The position numbers were made by a program, and so were the translations under genes. From Cenococcum geophilum (lineage: Eukaryota): 64,000 nucleotides of DNA. Of this stretch, positions 49,223 to 63,872 are shown piece after piece. The stretch covers positions 27,714,001-27,778,000 of the forward strand of contig CP158635.1 of NCBI GenBank assembly GCA_050273025.1. Reading direction: 5' to 3'. Below the pieces are notes generated by a model. That model saw only the letters and a list, made by a program, of their open reading frames with translations, did not search any database and was not told the origin of the DNA. Position 1 is the stretch's first letter. The number at the start of each line of letters is the position of its first letter.

Positions 49223-52200
49223 CTACCTCCCCTCCTATAGAGGCGGAGCTCTAGCGACGCTATGGTTACTATATATATATAGAAGGGACACTTAAGGTAT
49301 AGAAAAGAAGAAAGGGGGGTATTATTAAAGGTTTAATATAACGTTATATAATAAGGCTTAGCATCTAAGAATCCAACTAATTAAATAACTTTAACCGCCG
49401 GTTAAAGTTCCTAGACATCTTAACAATATTCTAGTTACGTAATTGCACTTTACCGCAATCCAATAGTAATTTACCCTTACGTAGTAATATATAACGGTTT
49501 AACTCTATAAGGGCTCCTATAAAGAATTAGGTATAAAATCTCTACTTAAGCCCAGTTTCTATAGGTTCGCGTAGTAAAAGTCGCTAATTAGATCCTTTAC
49601 ATTTTTAAAGTCTTCCTATAATTGCTATTCTGGCTAATTTATATCGAATCCTATATATATAGCTTTATAGTAAAGCCGTCGCCCTCCACCTTTACTAAAG
49701 TATTTAGAGTTAATAATTTGTTTAATAGTCCACTCCTTATAGTTCCTATCTTTATTCTTATCTCAGATTAGTACTAGTAGGGGTTTAGGCTATATCTGCC
49801 CTAGTAAGGGGTTAAGCTAATAGAGGTATAGTAGCTATAGGTAAAATATAGGCTATATTTTACGGGTAGCTAGGGTAAGTAGGAGTTTTAGCTTATATAC
49901 AGCTCCCTTATTAATAACTCGTTTAATTAAATAGGGGCTAAGGTTTTTATAATTAAGTGACTTTATAGGCCTTTATATAGAGATATTATGTATATTTAGC
50001 TATACCTAGTCGCTAATACGCATCTCCAGTGGCGGCGTTTTATAGCAGTTAGTAAAGTAGGCCTGCTTTACTTAAGCCTAGGCCATTTCTCCCTTATAGT
50101 AGTTAAGTAGATTTTTTATATAGTCTGTATACTAGTCGGCAAGTAGCATCTTAAGGCGTTTTCTATATAGTAGTTTTTTATTAATAGGTTCTAGTGGCTC
50201 TATACCGGATTAGGGGTAATAACCCTTGTTCGCGAAGAATAGGGTAAGTCCTATAGTGGTTAAGATATAGTTATTTACTATAAATTTACCTAGTAGGAGG
50301 TGATTTACCTAGTTATCTTAACTATAGGCAACTACCTATTATAGGTACGCTTTTATGCTAGTATTAGCGTTTTCTAGTTACCTAGTAGTTTTATAATAGA
50401 AGGATGTAGATATCTTAACGGAGATACTAAGGCGTTAGTAGATTCGTCTCTATATATTAGAGTTAAATTATATACCTTAGTTGGACGTAATTAAGTTAGG
50501 TAACCTATATAGTCGGTAAACTTTATAAAGGAAGGCGTTAGTAACGTCGCTAACGGCTACGCCTTTAGTTAGGATATAGTGGCGCTCTTTTATAAGTTAG
50601 TATATTATTATAAGGATATTCTTATAGGTATGGCTATGTCATTTATAGGGTAGTAGGTTAATAACGAAATCTATAGCGATATCTGCCTATCGTTATATAG
50701 GTACTAGTAGAAGGTGCAGTAGTCCTTAGTACTTTGTATTAAAGGCCTTAGCGCGCTTATAACCGTAGTAGGCGCCTATAAAGCATTTAACTAAGTCTAT
50801 TATTTTTAGTTAGAAGTAGTATCGGCTAAGAAGCTTATAGGTTCCTTTTTTACCTAGGTAGCTACTTAATTAGAGGTCGTGGGCTATTTAGATTAGTTGC
50901 CGTTATAAATTTTCTAAGTTAGGGATAAATAGGTGACCTCTATAATAGAGCCTGTTCTCTTTTACTTTTAAGGCTGCTATATTAATCTGGCCTAGGCTTT
51001 AGAGGTTAATAGATAACGTATAGGCGCTAACGGTCTTTACGGCAATAATTTAATACAGTAATAGGTTAATAGAGGTATTATATGCCGTAGTAATAAGCTT
51101 ATTAATTTTAGGAGGTAACTCTAGTTTTATAGTATGCAGCTAAGGTACAGTTAGCTCTATTATAGGTAGTATACTTAAGGCTAAATTTCGTACTTTTAGA
51201 ATTATCTATTATTAGAACTAATTATAGGGGTTATTTTTAGACTAAGGAAGGTCTTACGAGTGGCGTATTAGGCTATTAGGTTTAGTACCTTATACTTCTA
51301 GTCTATATATAATTTTAAAGTTAAAACTAGAGAGGAACTTGTTCTAATATACTTAGTATTAGTTTAGCTACTTTATAGTTATAAAGTACTTAAGGTTGCG
51401 ATGGTCCGTAAGGACTTTAGTTAGCTAGTTAGGCTCTACTAAGGAGAGTTCTAGTTAGAATTCTTTAAATGCTTATATAATTGTAAGGAGTTCTTTATTA
51501 TAGATCTTATAGTTATACTCTTATAGTATAAGCTTAGACGAGTAAAATGCAACTAGGTAAAGGAGACCGTTATTACCTATCTAAAAGAGGACGCCTATGT
51601 TAACGTGGTTTAAGGAGTCGGTTTTAAGATAAAGTTATCGTCCTAGTATAAAGTAAGCTAGAATAAGTGCTTTAGTAAAGGCATTTTTAAGGTCTTAGAA
51701 TGCCTTCTCGTATTTAGGCGTCTAGGTAAAGCGTAGGTATATTTTTCTTCCTTTTACAAAAAGGCCCTTCGTTTACATTATTGCTATAAGTAGTGCTACT
51801 ACGCCTAAGAAGTTATATATAAATTTCCGATAAAAGTTAGCGAAACTAAGAAAGGCTTATACGTCCTTAATACAGTTAAGGGCTTACTATTTAGTAATTA
51901 TATATACCTTCTTAGGGTCTATACGGACACCCTTAATAGTAATAATTAGTTTAAGGTATTTTACTTCTATAACTAAGAATTTATATTTCTTTAAATTAAT
52001 ATAAAGTCCTATATCCCTAAAGCGCTATAGGACCTTTTAAATATATTTGGTATATTTAGAAGGGTTATTATTATAAATAAGTATATCGTCTAGGTACGCA
52101 GAGTAGAAATTATTAAGGTAGTCTTATAAGACGTTATTAATATAGCTTTAAAAGGTGCCTAGGCCGTTATATACGCTAAAGGGTATAATAGTATATTTAA

Positions 52201-53103
52201 ATTGGCCGAAGCGCGATATAAATGCGGTTTTTTATTTATTACCTTTCTATATTTAGAGATAGTTAAAGGCGGCAATAATATTAAGCTTAGTATAGATTTT
52301 AGCTTAGCTAAGCCGCTTAAGGGTCTCCCATATAAGCGGTACTAGGTATTAGTTTTTAATTATAATAGCGTTAAGTCCTTTATAGTTAATATAGAATTAA
52401 ATACCTTCTTTTAGCTTCTTAGCGAGAAGGATAGGGGCGGCTATTAGTAATATGCTAGGATAAATAAACCCTTTATTAAGGTGCTCGTTAATATACTTTC
52501 TTATAACTAAAAGTTTATCTTTTAATATTAGGTAGGGTCTCTTATAAGGTAGCGTTTTTCCTTATTTAATATTAATGGTATAGTTATTAGGTTAATATAG
52601 AGGGAGTATATCTACGCCCTTTTATGAGTATATATTAATAAAGTTATAATACCTCTTAGGGAGGAGCTTGCGGAGTTCTGTATTAGTAAGTCCTTTTTTA
52701 AGTTTTATAAACTTCTTAAAGTTTAAAGGTAAAAGTCTATAGAGTTTTATAGGGGCGTTATCTTCTAAAAGGTCGACTATATCTATCCTATTACTATAGA
52801 GGACGTAGTTTTATTCTTTATTAAGCTTATATAGTTATAATTAGAAAGCTATAGTAACGGTTTAGCCTTTCCTATATACTATATAGTAGAAGGCCGCGGC
52901 ACTTATATAGTAGTAGTTAGTTATAGGTAAAATAAAAAGGGGTTTCTTAGGTTAATATCCTAGTAAGTAAATAAAGGCGGCTAGGCTATATCCTAGGTAA
53001 GTCTCTCTATAGTATTTAGAGTTAAAGGTTGCTTTTTTCTTTTCCTAGTTAATAGCGGGGTTGTATTATTTAAGCTAGTTTATTTTAAGGATAATAGGGT
53101 AGT

Positions 53104-56100
53104 TGTAACGGAACCTTGTAGTAAGTACTACGGTGGGTCCTGTTATTAGGCTAGGTGTGTAGGTAATGCGTAAAATCAACAACGTAATAACAACTAGTAG
53201 AGTAGTTGCCCAATAGATTAACTCTAATTATATTCTAAGAATCACTATAAGGAAAGAACTATCTAGGTAGAAACTAAGGTCCTTTAAATACATAACCGTA
53301 CTTCTATGAAATCCTTCTTATATATAATATACGTAAGGTATATAAGGTACATACGTTCCGTTTATTCTCTACGTTCCTTACGTAGCATATTATATAACTT
53401 ATACTACTATTCCTTATTATATAGTTCTACCGGTTCTATTTTAGACCGTGCTTATATTAACTAACTAGCTTCTTCTAACTCCTCTCTAAGTAGTTATAAT
53501 ATTATACTTAAAGCATCCGTAATACTATCTCCCTCCTTTCTATTTTTATCCTTAAAGATTCTAAGCATCTCTAAGTTGTTTACTAGAGGTATAATATCCG
53601 TCTAATTAATTTAGTTAATATTATTACTTATAATGCCTAAAGCCTCTTCTTCTTTATACGCGCAATGACGTACCCGTACTATTACTGTAATACTATTACT
53701 AGGTAAAATTATACCATCTCTATATTCTTGTTACTTAAGAGAGGGGTTAGTTTATATTACGCTAGCAAGTCCTTTATCTTAGCAACCCTCCTCTTATTTA
53801 GAGTATACTAAAGCGAATATTCGTTTATCCTGTAACGTTTGCTTTTCTTCTAACGCTAAATATACACATCCTATAACTCTTAATAGTTATTAAGTTCCCT
53901 AAGTAATTTATTATAGGGTCTTATATTTAATCTGCCGCTATAAAGCTTAATAGTAAGTTGTTATAAGCCTTAGCTAAACTAGAACGTTTTTATAATATGG
54001 AATAAAGAGCTTTAGACGCTTAAATCGCGGCATCTACTTATCTTCTTTACCTTAAGAAGGTTCGTAAAAAGGTTTTTTTTTAAGGAGTAGAAACTTATAG
54101 AATAAGGTCTATAGGAACTTAGTAATAAAAAAATAGATTCTCTTCTAACAGCAAAGGAAATAACTCTAAGTAATTCGGCAATCGCTCTTCCTAGGTCCCC
54201 CTTAGGTAACTCGTTCTTTAATAATCCTTCTTTAATATTACCTAACCTATTTTCTTTTAATACTCCTATACCTTTCCTATAGCTTTCTTTAAATTCTCTA
54301 GTGGTTCCTAGGTAGTCTTATTATAGCCTATCCACTTAACCTTATATTATATTTTATTATTAACATCCTTATAACTAATGATCTTTAAAACTTACTATTT
54401 GTCTTTTTCTTATCCTCTATATATATCTACTTTATAAACTAGTGGCTTAACTTTCCTATATACTAGCTCTAGCATTATAATATACTATATAGGGTAGATC
54501 TTTATCTTGGCTAGTAGGTTTAACTTAAATATAACTAGTGAAATCTTTTAACTAATTTTAAAAGGTCCTAGCCTAACATAGTCTAACTTTTTACTTAGTT
54601 ATTAACTCTTAAAATTTTTATGTAGTAGCTATACTTTATCTCCCTCCTTAGGATCTAGTCCCTTAGATTTTTTAGCATTATAGTATTTCTTTATTCTTTG
54701 CTATATTACCTTAGCTGTTTCCGTAAGGTTCTTATAAAGATTTATTAATATCTCCATCCTTTATTTAGCTGTGCTGCTTATCCTCTTTACTTAACGTAGT
54801 AATAGCAATATTCTTAGCTTATATCTATAATTCGCCTTAAATAGTAACATACCCATTCCTTCTTATAGTGTTATATTATATACAAACTATATAACTAGTA
54901 ATAGTAATACCTAATTATTCTATACGTGATTAATATAATATCTTAGATACTGCTCTAGTGTCTAATTTAATCTTTTTATTTAACCGTCTGTCTATAAATA
55001 ATATGCGGTAGAAGTTACTATTTAAACTCCTTACTCCACTAAGAATACCTCCTAAAATACTGCTATAAATCTTAGATCCCTATCTAATATAATTTTACTT
55101 AATACTCTATACCTTATAAATACTTCTTTAATATAGATTCTAGCGATATCTTCTGCTAATATTTCTTCTATATATACTATAAAGTATCCCTACTTTATAA
55201 GCTTATCTACTATTACTAAGATTATATTATAATCTTATCCGGTAATAGGATCTTTTAATTTTAGTAACTTAATAATAAAGTCCTATAATATAACCTCTTA
55301 TGGTCTCTCTAGTATTTTAATAGGTTATAGCCCTCTATATAGCTTATACCTTATTAATTTTTTTTTTTAGCAATCTAGATACTTCTTAGTAACCTTTCTA
55401 GCTATCCTCTAGATTTTATTAATAATATACTCCTCCTAGAGTTTTAACACTAAGCCTATAGCTTCGTTATGTCCTTAAGTTAGTCCTTTATAGAAATCTT
55501 CTATAAATTGCTCTACTATACTTCTTAGGATATACTTTGCTTCTTAGTTTTCATATATATCCAATTATAGATCTTTTAGTTATACTTTTAGAATTCTTTA
55601 TACCTAAAAGCTTTCTAGTAACTTATAGATTTTCTCTAACTCTTCCTAAGTTACTATAATTTTTGGATAATTATACCTAATTAATCCATCTATATCTTTT
55701 TGTAATAAAGCCCCTAATAGCTTTTTATTATTTTATAGTTTAGCCTTTTAACTTAGAGCGTCTACTTTTGTATTGTTTATACCCTTAGTATACTAAATCT
55801 TAAAATAGTATTCTGTAAGCATCTCTGCCTATCTAACCTATCTTTAGTTAAGTTTCTTTGTTATTAGGAATCCTATTAGGTTTTTATAATCCGTCTTAAC
55901 TATAAATAGTTTCTCTATACCTTATAAGAATACTCTCTATTCCTTTAGTGCTGTAACTATACCTAATAACTCCTTATTATAGATATTATAGTTTAGTTCT
56001 AGTAGTATTATCTTTTAACTATAATATACCACTAGGTGCTATCTATTTGGATGCTTTTATATAAAGTATACCCCTAATATAAAGTCTAATATATTTATCT

Positions 56101-59100
56101 TAACAACCGTTTCTAGTCCTAGTTAATAGATCTTAAGAACTAGCTCCTAGGTAAATAACCTTTTAACTTCCTTAAACAGTTCTTATTATTTCTTTCCCTA
56201 TGCCTATAGTTTCTCTTTCTTTATTAACCGCGTAAATGGCTTAATATCCTTTAACTATTGCGCTATAAACCTTCTATAGTAATTGCAAAACCTTAAAAAT
56301 AATCTTAACTGTATAATATTCTCTAGTTTTTGCTAATTCACTATAGCTTTAATCTTCTTTAGATTTATACTAAGTTAGCCTAGTTTAATAATAAATCTAA
56401 CAAAATCTATCTTCCTAGTGAAGAACTCGCATTTCTTAATTGCTACTAGCATTTATTCCTCTTATAGTCTCTTTAAGACCCATTTAACGTATTCCCCGTA
56501 TTCTTCCTTAGTTATTAAGTAGATAATAATATTGTTGAGGTATATTATAATAAATTTATCCAAGTATTCTCCTAATATATTATTAATTTGTTTTTAGAAC
56601 GTTGCTAGTATATTTATAAGCCCGAATTATATAACTAATAGTTTATATAGTTCTTCCTTTAACCTAAAGGCTGCCTTTTATTTATTACCTTCCTTAATTC
56701 TAATCTAATGGTATACCTATCTTAGATCTATCTTTATAAAGATTTACGCGTTACTTATTCTATCTTAGATCTTACTAATTAAGGGTAAAGAATACCTATC
56801 CTTTCTAGTAATGCTGTTTAACTATCTATAGTTAATATATAGCCTTAGCTTACTATTCTTCTTTAGGACAAATAGTACTAGATAACCCGCTAATAATTAT
56901 AATAGTCTAATATATCCCTTTTATAAGTTCTCCTAAATAAACTCTTTTAATGCTTTACCTTCTTTTTTAATAAGCTTATAGATTAGAAAGAACCTTAGAC
57001 TTATTTTTAGTTCTAATTTTATCTTATAGTCCTATACTATATACTTTAACAGCTTTTTACTTTTTAGTGACTATAGTTTCTTACTATACTTATAGTATCT
57101 CTTTAGTATATAGCTTAGTCCTTTTTCTATTTCCTTATAGGTCGCTCCTACTTAGTACTATACTATTTTAGCTTATTATTATATCTTACGGCGTTAAGTA
57201 TCTCTAATATTGACCTAACCTATAACCTAATTAATCTTTAGATTATATTCCTGTAACTAAGGCATCCTTAATATCGCCTCGTCCTTCCCTAATAGTAGGA
57301 TATTAAAAGATATCCGAGTCTATCTTCCTTTAATAGTTAACTAAATAGGTCCTATTTTAAGATTAATAATACTATCCCCGTAGGCTATTAGATTTTCTAA
57401 AATTATTACTAATAAATATAGGTGCTCCTTCCTTCTATATAGTAGTCCCATTCTTTTAACTGCTGCTAGTAAGATATAGTTCCTTATTACTCCACTATCT
57501 ATTAATGCTTTAAACTATTAATTTTGCTATTTAACTTATAAATTTAGGTATCTTCCTTAAATTCCTTTAAGGGTCTAAGGCTTTACTACTAGTTCCCTTT
57601 AATTCTATAGGCCTCTACTTTTCCTAACTATTAGCTACTAGATCCTGTTTATACTTAGTCTAACTTAGGCCAATACTTAGTTCGCTTTTTATCTTTAATA
57701 TACTATAAATAGGTATTCTCTAAATATTCCCACCATTATTATCTATCTAGGCATTCTTCCGTAAGGAATCTTCCTAGTTAAAGTATTAAGTTTCCTTATT
57801 CTTAAACTTTTACTAGATGCTAGCTATATATATACTTAACATTTTAGTATTTTGCCTTATCCGTTATTTAATATATTCTTATTAGATATTTCCAATTCCT
57901 ATCTTTTAGTGTCCTATATATACTGCACGTATTATCTATATATGCTATCCATAATAGTGTATAATATGCTTAGTGTCTTAGGTTAACTTTTAGCTTATCT
58001 TCATCCTTAAGTTTAAACCTTTCTTATATTAATCTAAGCGTCGCAACTTTATTTGTAGGTACTAAGATTTATTTTTTGCTTTTTTAGTCCTCTAATTACT
58101 CCTTTAAATCTTTTAACGTTATAATTAAGGCTCCTTTAATATAAGTTATAGCCTTTTCTGTAATTAGGTGGTCTTAGACAACTTTTTTATCTAACTATAT
58201 ATAGAAATCTTCCCACTTATTATTATATCGCTGCCTATACCACTTTTAGTACAACTACTTAAGTATATACGCTCTATCCGTAAGGAAGTATCTTCTTATT
58301 ACTATATTATAACAGCTTTTTATATATTATTCCTTAAATCTAATTAGGATTCCTAAATCCTCTTTTTATTCTAGTTTAGTAAGCCACTTAGCTCTTAGTA
58401 TACCTATTCTTAGCTTATTAGTAATTCTTCATACTAGCGCTCTATCCCTTATATAACCTAGTAGGCTAAATCTCTTATCTAGTTTCTGCTCTTGCTATAA
58501 GGTAATTCTCACTCTAAATTCCTCTATAGTTTCTTTTTTTTTGCGTCTTATAAGTAGATCCTTAAAGTCTTTATACTTTTTAATCTTAGTATTAACTTTT
58601 TAATCTTTAGGTTAAACACTATATTTAACTAGTAAGTCCTCTAGGTCTATATATCTGTTTTTTAGTCTAACTACTACCTAGATTACAGATTCTCTAATCT
58701 ATAAAGAAGCTCCTTACCTCTTACCTATAGGTGTCCTTATTCGTACTCCAAATTCTTAATCCCTTAGATTCTTTAATCCTAAGCTTACTTCTAACTTAAG
58801 CTTAGCTCCCACCTTAGTCTAATTAGGCGTCTGTAGTGTTCTTATCTTATCTTAAGAGTTTTAAATCTTATCTATCTTGTCTTAAGAATTTAATACCTAT
58901 GGGAAACTCTATCCTAAGCTTATTTATATATTCCTAAACTAAGCTACTACCCTACTTTATCGGTTTTCGTCCGTTATAGGTCTTTAAGCTATCCTTATCT
59001 CGTCTTTAGAATCTTAGATCTTTCTTATTTTATCTTAAGAATCTTAAGCCTTTAGCCTTTAGCCTTTATTAAGTAATAAATTAGCACTAGCAGTTGTCTG

Positions 59101-61092
59101 CTTACTTGATTTTTATAAGATATTCTTCCTACCGTCTCGCGAAGCGATGGATGCCGTATCTAATAGTGTTATAATGCCCGTTACTAAACCTTACTCTATA
59201 GCGGTCTTAGTCTCTACTTCTAATGCTAATGTCTTAAGATCTTCTTTCTTAATATCGCTGAATGGATTCTTCCTAAAGTCCCTTTCTAAATACTGCCTTA
59301 TTAATACTGTACTAAAAGTTACTATTAGATCTTTGTTACATTTATAGAGCCTATCTTACTCTTTATAGTTTTAGGTAGCTCTTAGTTTCTTTAAACTAGG
59401 TTCCTATAGCCAATAGCTTATACCGTACTTAGTATCTTTATAAATTTAGCACGCGTTATTATAGTAAAACATAAAATGGTTAATTAAACAATCTTTTATT
59501 CCTTATAGTGTATTATCGTCCCTCTATACATATATACTATCTACTAGTCCAGTTCCCTTTATTATATAGTAACTCTAACTATCTTTACAATCTCTAGTAA
59601 AATAATCCTATTTTCCGCAATTTATATAAGCTCCCTCTTTAAACCATTTTTCTTATTATAGAGTCCGCCTAAATATCTTCTACTACTAAGATCCCTAATT
59701 TAGCCTTTACTTCCTAGACCTTTAATTACCTAATCCTTATTCTCTTAGTTTCTATAATATCTTACTTTATCTCTTATAGGTTTCTTTAGTACTACTTAGG
59801 TCTATTAGCTCTACGCTATACTATAGTTTTTAACTTAGCTTTAATTAATGCGTACTCTATACCTTATATAACTATAAAACTCTATCCTAACCTCTCTTAG
59901 TCTATTCCCTTTAGTAGATCCTATTATTAATCTTTATTACTTAATCTATTAATTCCCTTAGGGTGTCCGTATCTTCTATTAGAATAATTATATCCTAGAC
60001 TTTAGCCTTAAGTCCCTATTTATACTATACTATAAGCGCCCTATTATTTTACTTAACTTATATTACTAGCGTTTAGAACTACATTATATATTTAATAGCT
60101 AAGGTTTGTTACGTAATGTCTTAAAACTTTCTTTCCGCCGTAGTTATTACCTCTAGGTCTCTAAATATCTATATAAGTTGCTCTATAAATCTATTTTAGC
60201 TTAAGAATATAAACCGTACTTCTTAATTCGTCGTTATTATTCTATTTGCTTATATCTCTATAAGGTAAGGCTTAAACCACTTAAGTACTCTTCCTAATAA
60301 GAATAATCCTATATACGCTATTTAATCCATAAGTATTACTAGCTTTACTCCCTCTTATATAACCTTAAAGTATATTTATATAAGGAATCCTTTAAGCTTT
60401 AATCTCTCTCCTAAGAATCTTTTAATTAATAGTAACTTAACCTTTACTGCTCCTATCCTATTAACCCTTTATTTAAGTGCCGTATTATTTTCTATTAACT
60501 AGTTAACTATTTCCTATAGTTATTTAACCGTTATAGGTTATTATAAGTTAGTATCTGCTATACTAGTGTCACCTCCTAATCTTAAAGTAGTTGCCGCCGT
60601 CAATGGCGTTATAGTGGCTGCTTTTAGTGGCATGTTGTTTAACTTTTAATACTATAACTAGGTAGTAATTGTGTAACAGAACCTTATAGTAAGTACTACG
60701 GTAGGTCCTATTATTAGGCTAGGTGTATAGGTAATACGTAAAGTTAATAACGTAATAACAACTAGTGGAGTAGTTACCCAACAGATTAACTCTAATTATA
60801 TTCTAAGAATTACTATAAGGAAAGAACTATCTAGGTAGGGACTAAGGTCCTTTAAATACACAACCGTACTCCTATAAAATCCTTCTTATACATAATATAC
60901 GTAAGGTACGTAAGGTACATACGTTCCGTTCGTTCTCCACGTTCCTTACGTAGCATATTATATAACTTATACTACCATTCCTCGTCATATAGTTCTACCG
61001 GTTCCATCCTGGACCATACTTATATTAACTAACTAGCTTCTTCCAACTCCTCTCCAAGTAGTCGTAACATTGTACTTAAAGCGTCTGTAATA
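53104..61092 (-). mobile_element. Full-length RIP-degraded Ty3/Gypsy element nested in Gypsy A; LTRs 53104-53524 and 60672-61092
   Basis: 421-bp direct LTRs. TSD GTAGT at 53099-53103 and 61093-61097. Gag, protease, RT (IYL(DD)IIIY ~56530), RNase H and integrase relics on the minus strand. Confidence 0.95.
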
Positions 61093-63024
61093 GTAGTTAG
61101 TAAGTAGTATAATATAGGCCTAGAGCTCTTTTTAGTGCCCATTTATATCTAAGTAGAGTTATACTACGTAGGTAATCTTCTATATAGTATAACTACTATT
61201 AGCAAGTTATAGGGCGCGGGCTTTAGTAAGGGGTAAGGTAAGTAGGTTATAAGTACGTATAAGTTAGGTATCTATAAATTAGTTAATAGCTCCGCAGTTA
61301 ATTATAGAATGGCTTTTATATTATTTTATAGCAGTAGTTCCTATTATAGGTAAAACTATTTATTTCTATCTGTTTATCTTTATTAAGTTATTTATTAAGT
61401 AGGCCAATATATAGATCCCTTTATTATTAGGGCGTCCTAACCTATAACTTAGGGCTAGGACTTAGCGTTTTCCGCTTCTATATCTAATTCTACTACTATT
61501 ACTACATCTTCGTCTTATATAGTAGTAGCGCGTAGCAATATATTTAGTATTTAGGGCATTAAGTTAAGTATTAGGCGGCGGGTACTAAACCTAGCTATTA
61601 GGCAGTTTAGGTTATCGTAATAATAGCCTTTTTAACGGCATCTATAGTAGTATCCTAGTTTCTAAAGTAGCTCGCGCTTTCCGTCTAGGAGTTTTTATAA
61701 AAAGGTTAGTATAGAGAGGTTAATATTAGCTCTAGTAGTACTTAAGATAGTAGGCGTTGGTGGCTTAGTATATATAGGTTTAGTAGGCCTAGAGGGTTTT
61801 TATAGAGAGGTCTTTAAGTAAGGGTTAGTAGTAGTAATTTAATTTAGTTATTATTTAATCTTTTATAGGGCTGCTACCATCTTATAAATATTATTGTAGT
61901 TATAGCTAGCGGCTGCGTAACTAAGGCGATAAGTAACTTTTTTAAGGAAATTTTTCCAGTCTTTAGTATTATCTTAGGTAAGGGCTCCGGTGTATTTCTA
62001 GAATTTAATATAAAACTTATTAAATAATTTAGTAGGGCTTATCTTTAGGGTGTATAGTTTAGCTTAGTTAGTAGCTAGTAGGTTATAGTCGCGGTATATT
62101 AAGTTAAGATTATTAAGAACTTTTTAGTAAAACTACTACTTTTAGGGGCTACTAGTCTCCTATTAGGCGAAGAGTCTATTAAATAGTATACTCTTTATTT
62201 GCCCGATAATATAGCTAATCTTAATATCTCTTATAGAAAAAAGGTAGGCGCTCTAAGTTAGTTTCTTATAGATTTATATCTTTTAGTAGCTGTATTTCTT
62301 ACAGTCTCCTTAAAAAACTAGGGAATTAAGGTAGCGTATATTAGACCCTATAGTAGCAGTTTAGGTCTAATTATTATAGCTTTTATTATCGCTGCTTTAG
62401 TAGGGGTTCCTATTAGGTAAAGCTACTTAGCGCTAACCCTCTATTAAGCGTTAAGTAGGTAAAGTTACTAGGGGCGTAAAGGCTTAGGTGGCGTTATATA
62501 TAGTAAAGAGGTATCTAGCGTTGTTATAAATATACTTATTAAGCTAAAATTATAGGTATTTAATTATACCTTCTTTTTTAGTAACTATAGTAATTAGTGC
62601 AATCTCCTTCTTTTTTAACTATTAGACGTCGCGTTTAGACACATAAAGGTCGTCTTTAGTTTCTTAATATATATTATTAGCGAGCGCCTTATAAGCTTAT
62701 AGGTCTTAAATAATATCGCGATCTTAAGTAGTACGCATCTTAGCTTATATAAGCTTTAGGTAGTAGTTCTATAGAAGGCGGTAGTATTTATTAGGGTCTT
62801 ATACTACCATTTTTATAAACGTCTTGGCGTCTTATATTTTGATTTTAATAGGTAATAGCCCTTCCGTTTACTTATCCGTAGTTATATAGTTAATAAAAAA
62901 TAAAACATTATTAGTGTCCATCTCCTTAGGGGTTAAAGCTAGGGCTAATAAATCAAATTCTCCTAGGATTAATTGGCGTCGTAGGTTAAGTATAGGTATT
63001 AGATTATTCTTTAGGTTTAATATA

Positions 63025-63500
63025 TAGTGATATGCACGACCAGCTTCCACCCCCCCTCTGGAAAAATATTATTTCGCTTCGGTACACGGGCTCGCTAGAA
63101 ATCGTAGCGAACGCCCATGCTTGGCTGCAAGAACTTTACTTCTGGCAGACTTCGCGATCCTCCGCAGTGTCGTGATCTTTGTTAAATATCGTAAGGCTTC
63201 CACCAGCACGATATTACCAAATTTCATCGGCAACTGCAGGAACAGCTTTGCATTCGCGTTTTGGCGGCCACAGCGGGGAGGGCGTAGTTAAGGGGGAGGG
63301 GAGGGCGCGTGCGTCCTCAGTTTGGTTCTCCTGGCCAACCAAGGCGATTCTCCAGGGCAACCAAAAAAGGTCCTTGCGTGCAGGCACATGCGTTCGCTAC
63401 AATTACTATGTACAGTTGGTGGCGATTTAGCGAGCCCGCGTACCGAAGCGAAATAATATTTTTCCAGAGGGGGGGTGGAAGCTGGTCGTGCACATCACTG
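63025..63500. mobile_element. 476-bp Tc1/mariner-type MITE with ~75-bp TIRs and TA TSD, in the Gypsy A leader
   Basis: (C/T)AGTGAT(G/A)TGCACGACCAGCTTCCACCCCCCCTCTGGAAAAATATTATTTCGCTTCGGTAC.. is inverted at both ends. TA at 63023-63024 and 63501-63502. Confidence 0.9.
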
Positions 63501-63602
63501 TAGCTAATAAAGAATATCGTCTTACTATTATAGGTTCCTTAGAAGTATAAAGTAAGGTAATTTATAGATATACTGCTTTTAGCAGCGCCTATAGTATTAT
63601 AA

Positions 63603-63872
63603 TGTCACGGAACCCTACCGCAGGGGCCTCTATAGGAGAGCCCCGTGCTCTCGCGTACACCTCGCGTACAGCTTATGTCAGCTACGCGTAGGTATATTAC
63701 CTCCTTACGCCTTTGACCCTTACGATCGATCGCGCAACGTCTTGTAGACTCCTCGAATACATACGCTTTGTAGCCACTGCCCCCGTCCTATGACATTACG
63801 TTGCGCCTTTTTTACCACTGACGCTTAGCCTACGACCAATTCTATGTCTTTGTAATACTGTAGGCGCTGCTA
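63603..63872 (+). mobile_element. 5' LTR (63603-63795) and leader of a second Gypsy-A-family copy inserted in opposite orientation
   Basis: The LTR is the reverse complement of 49030-49222. Its leader 63850-63872 is the reverse complement of the Gypsy A leader at 63580-63602. Confidence 0.85.

Larger units (their letters stand above)
49030..63602 (-). mobile_element. RIP-degraded Ty3/Gypsy chromovirus A (3' LTR 49030-49222; 5' LTR displaced beyond the window)
   Basis: A purine tract lies next to the LTR. Chromodomain ~49560-49740, integrase, RT SAYLDDI at ~52085-52100, protease ~61280 and gag starting ~62810. Confidence 0.9.

Noticed and set aside
49030..63795. Single element bounded by 193-bp terminal inverted repeats
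   Set aside because: The repeats are LTRs of two oppositely oriented Gypsy copies; the mirrored leader at 63850-63872 shows this, and there is no shared TSD.
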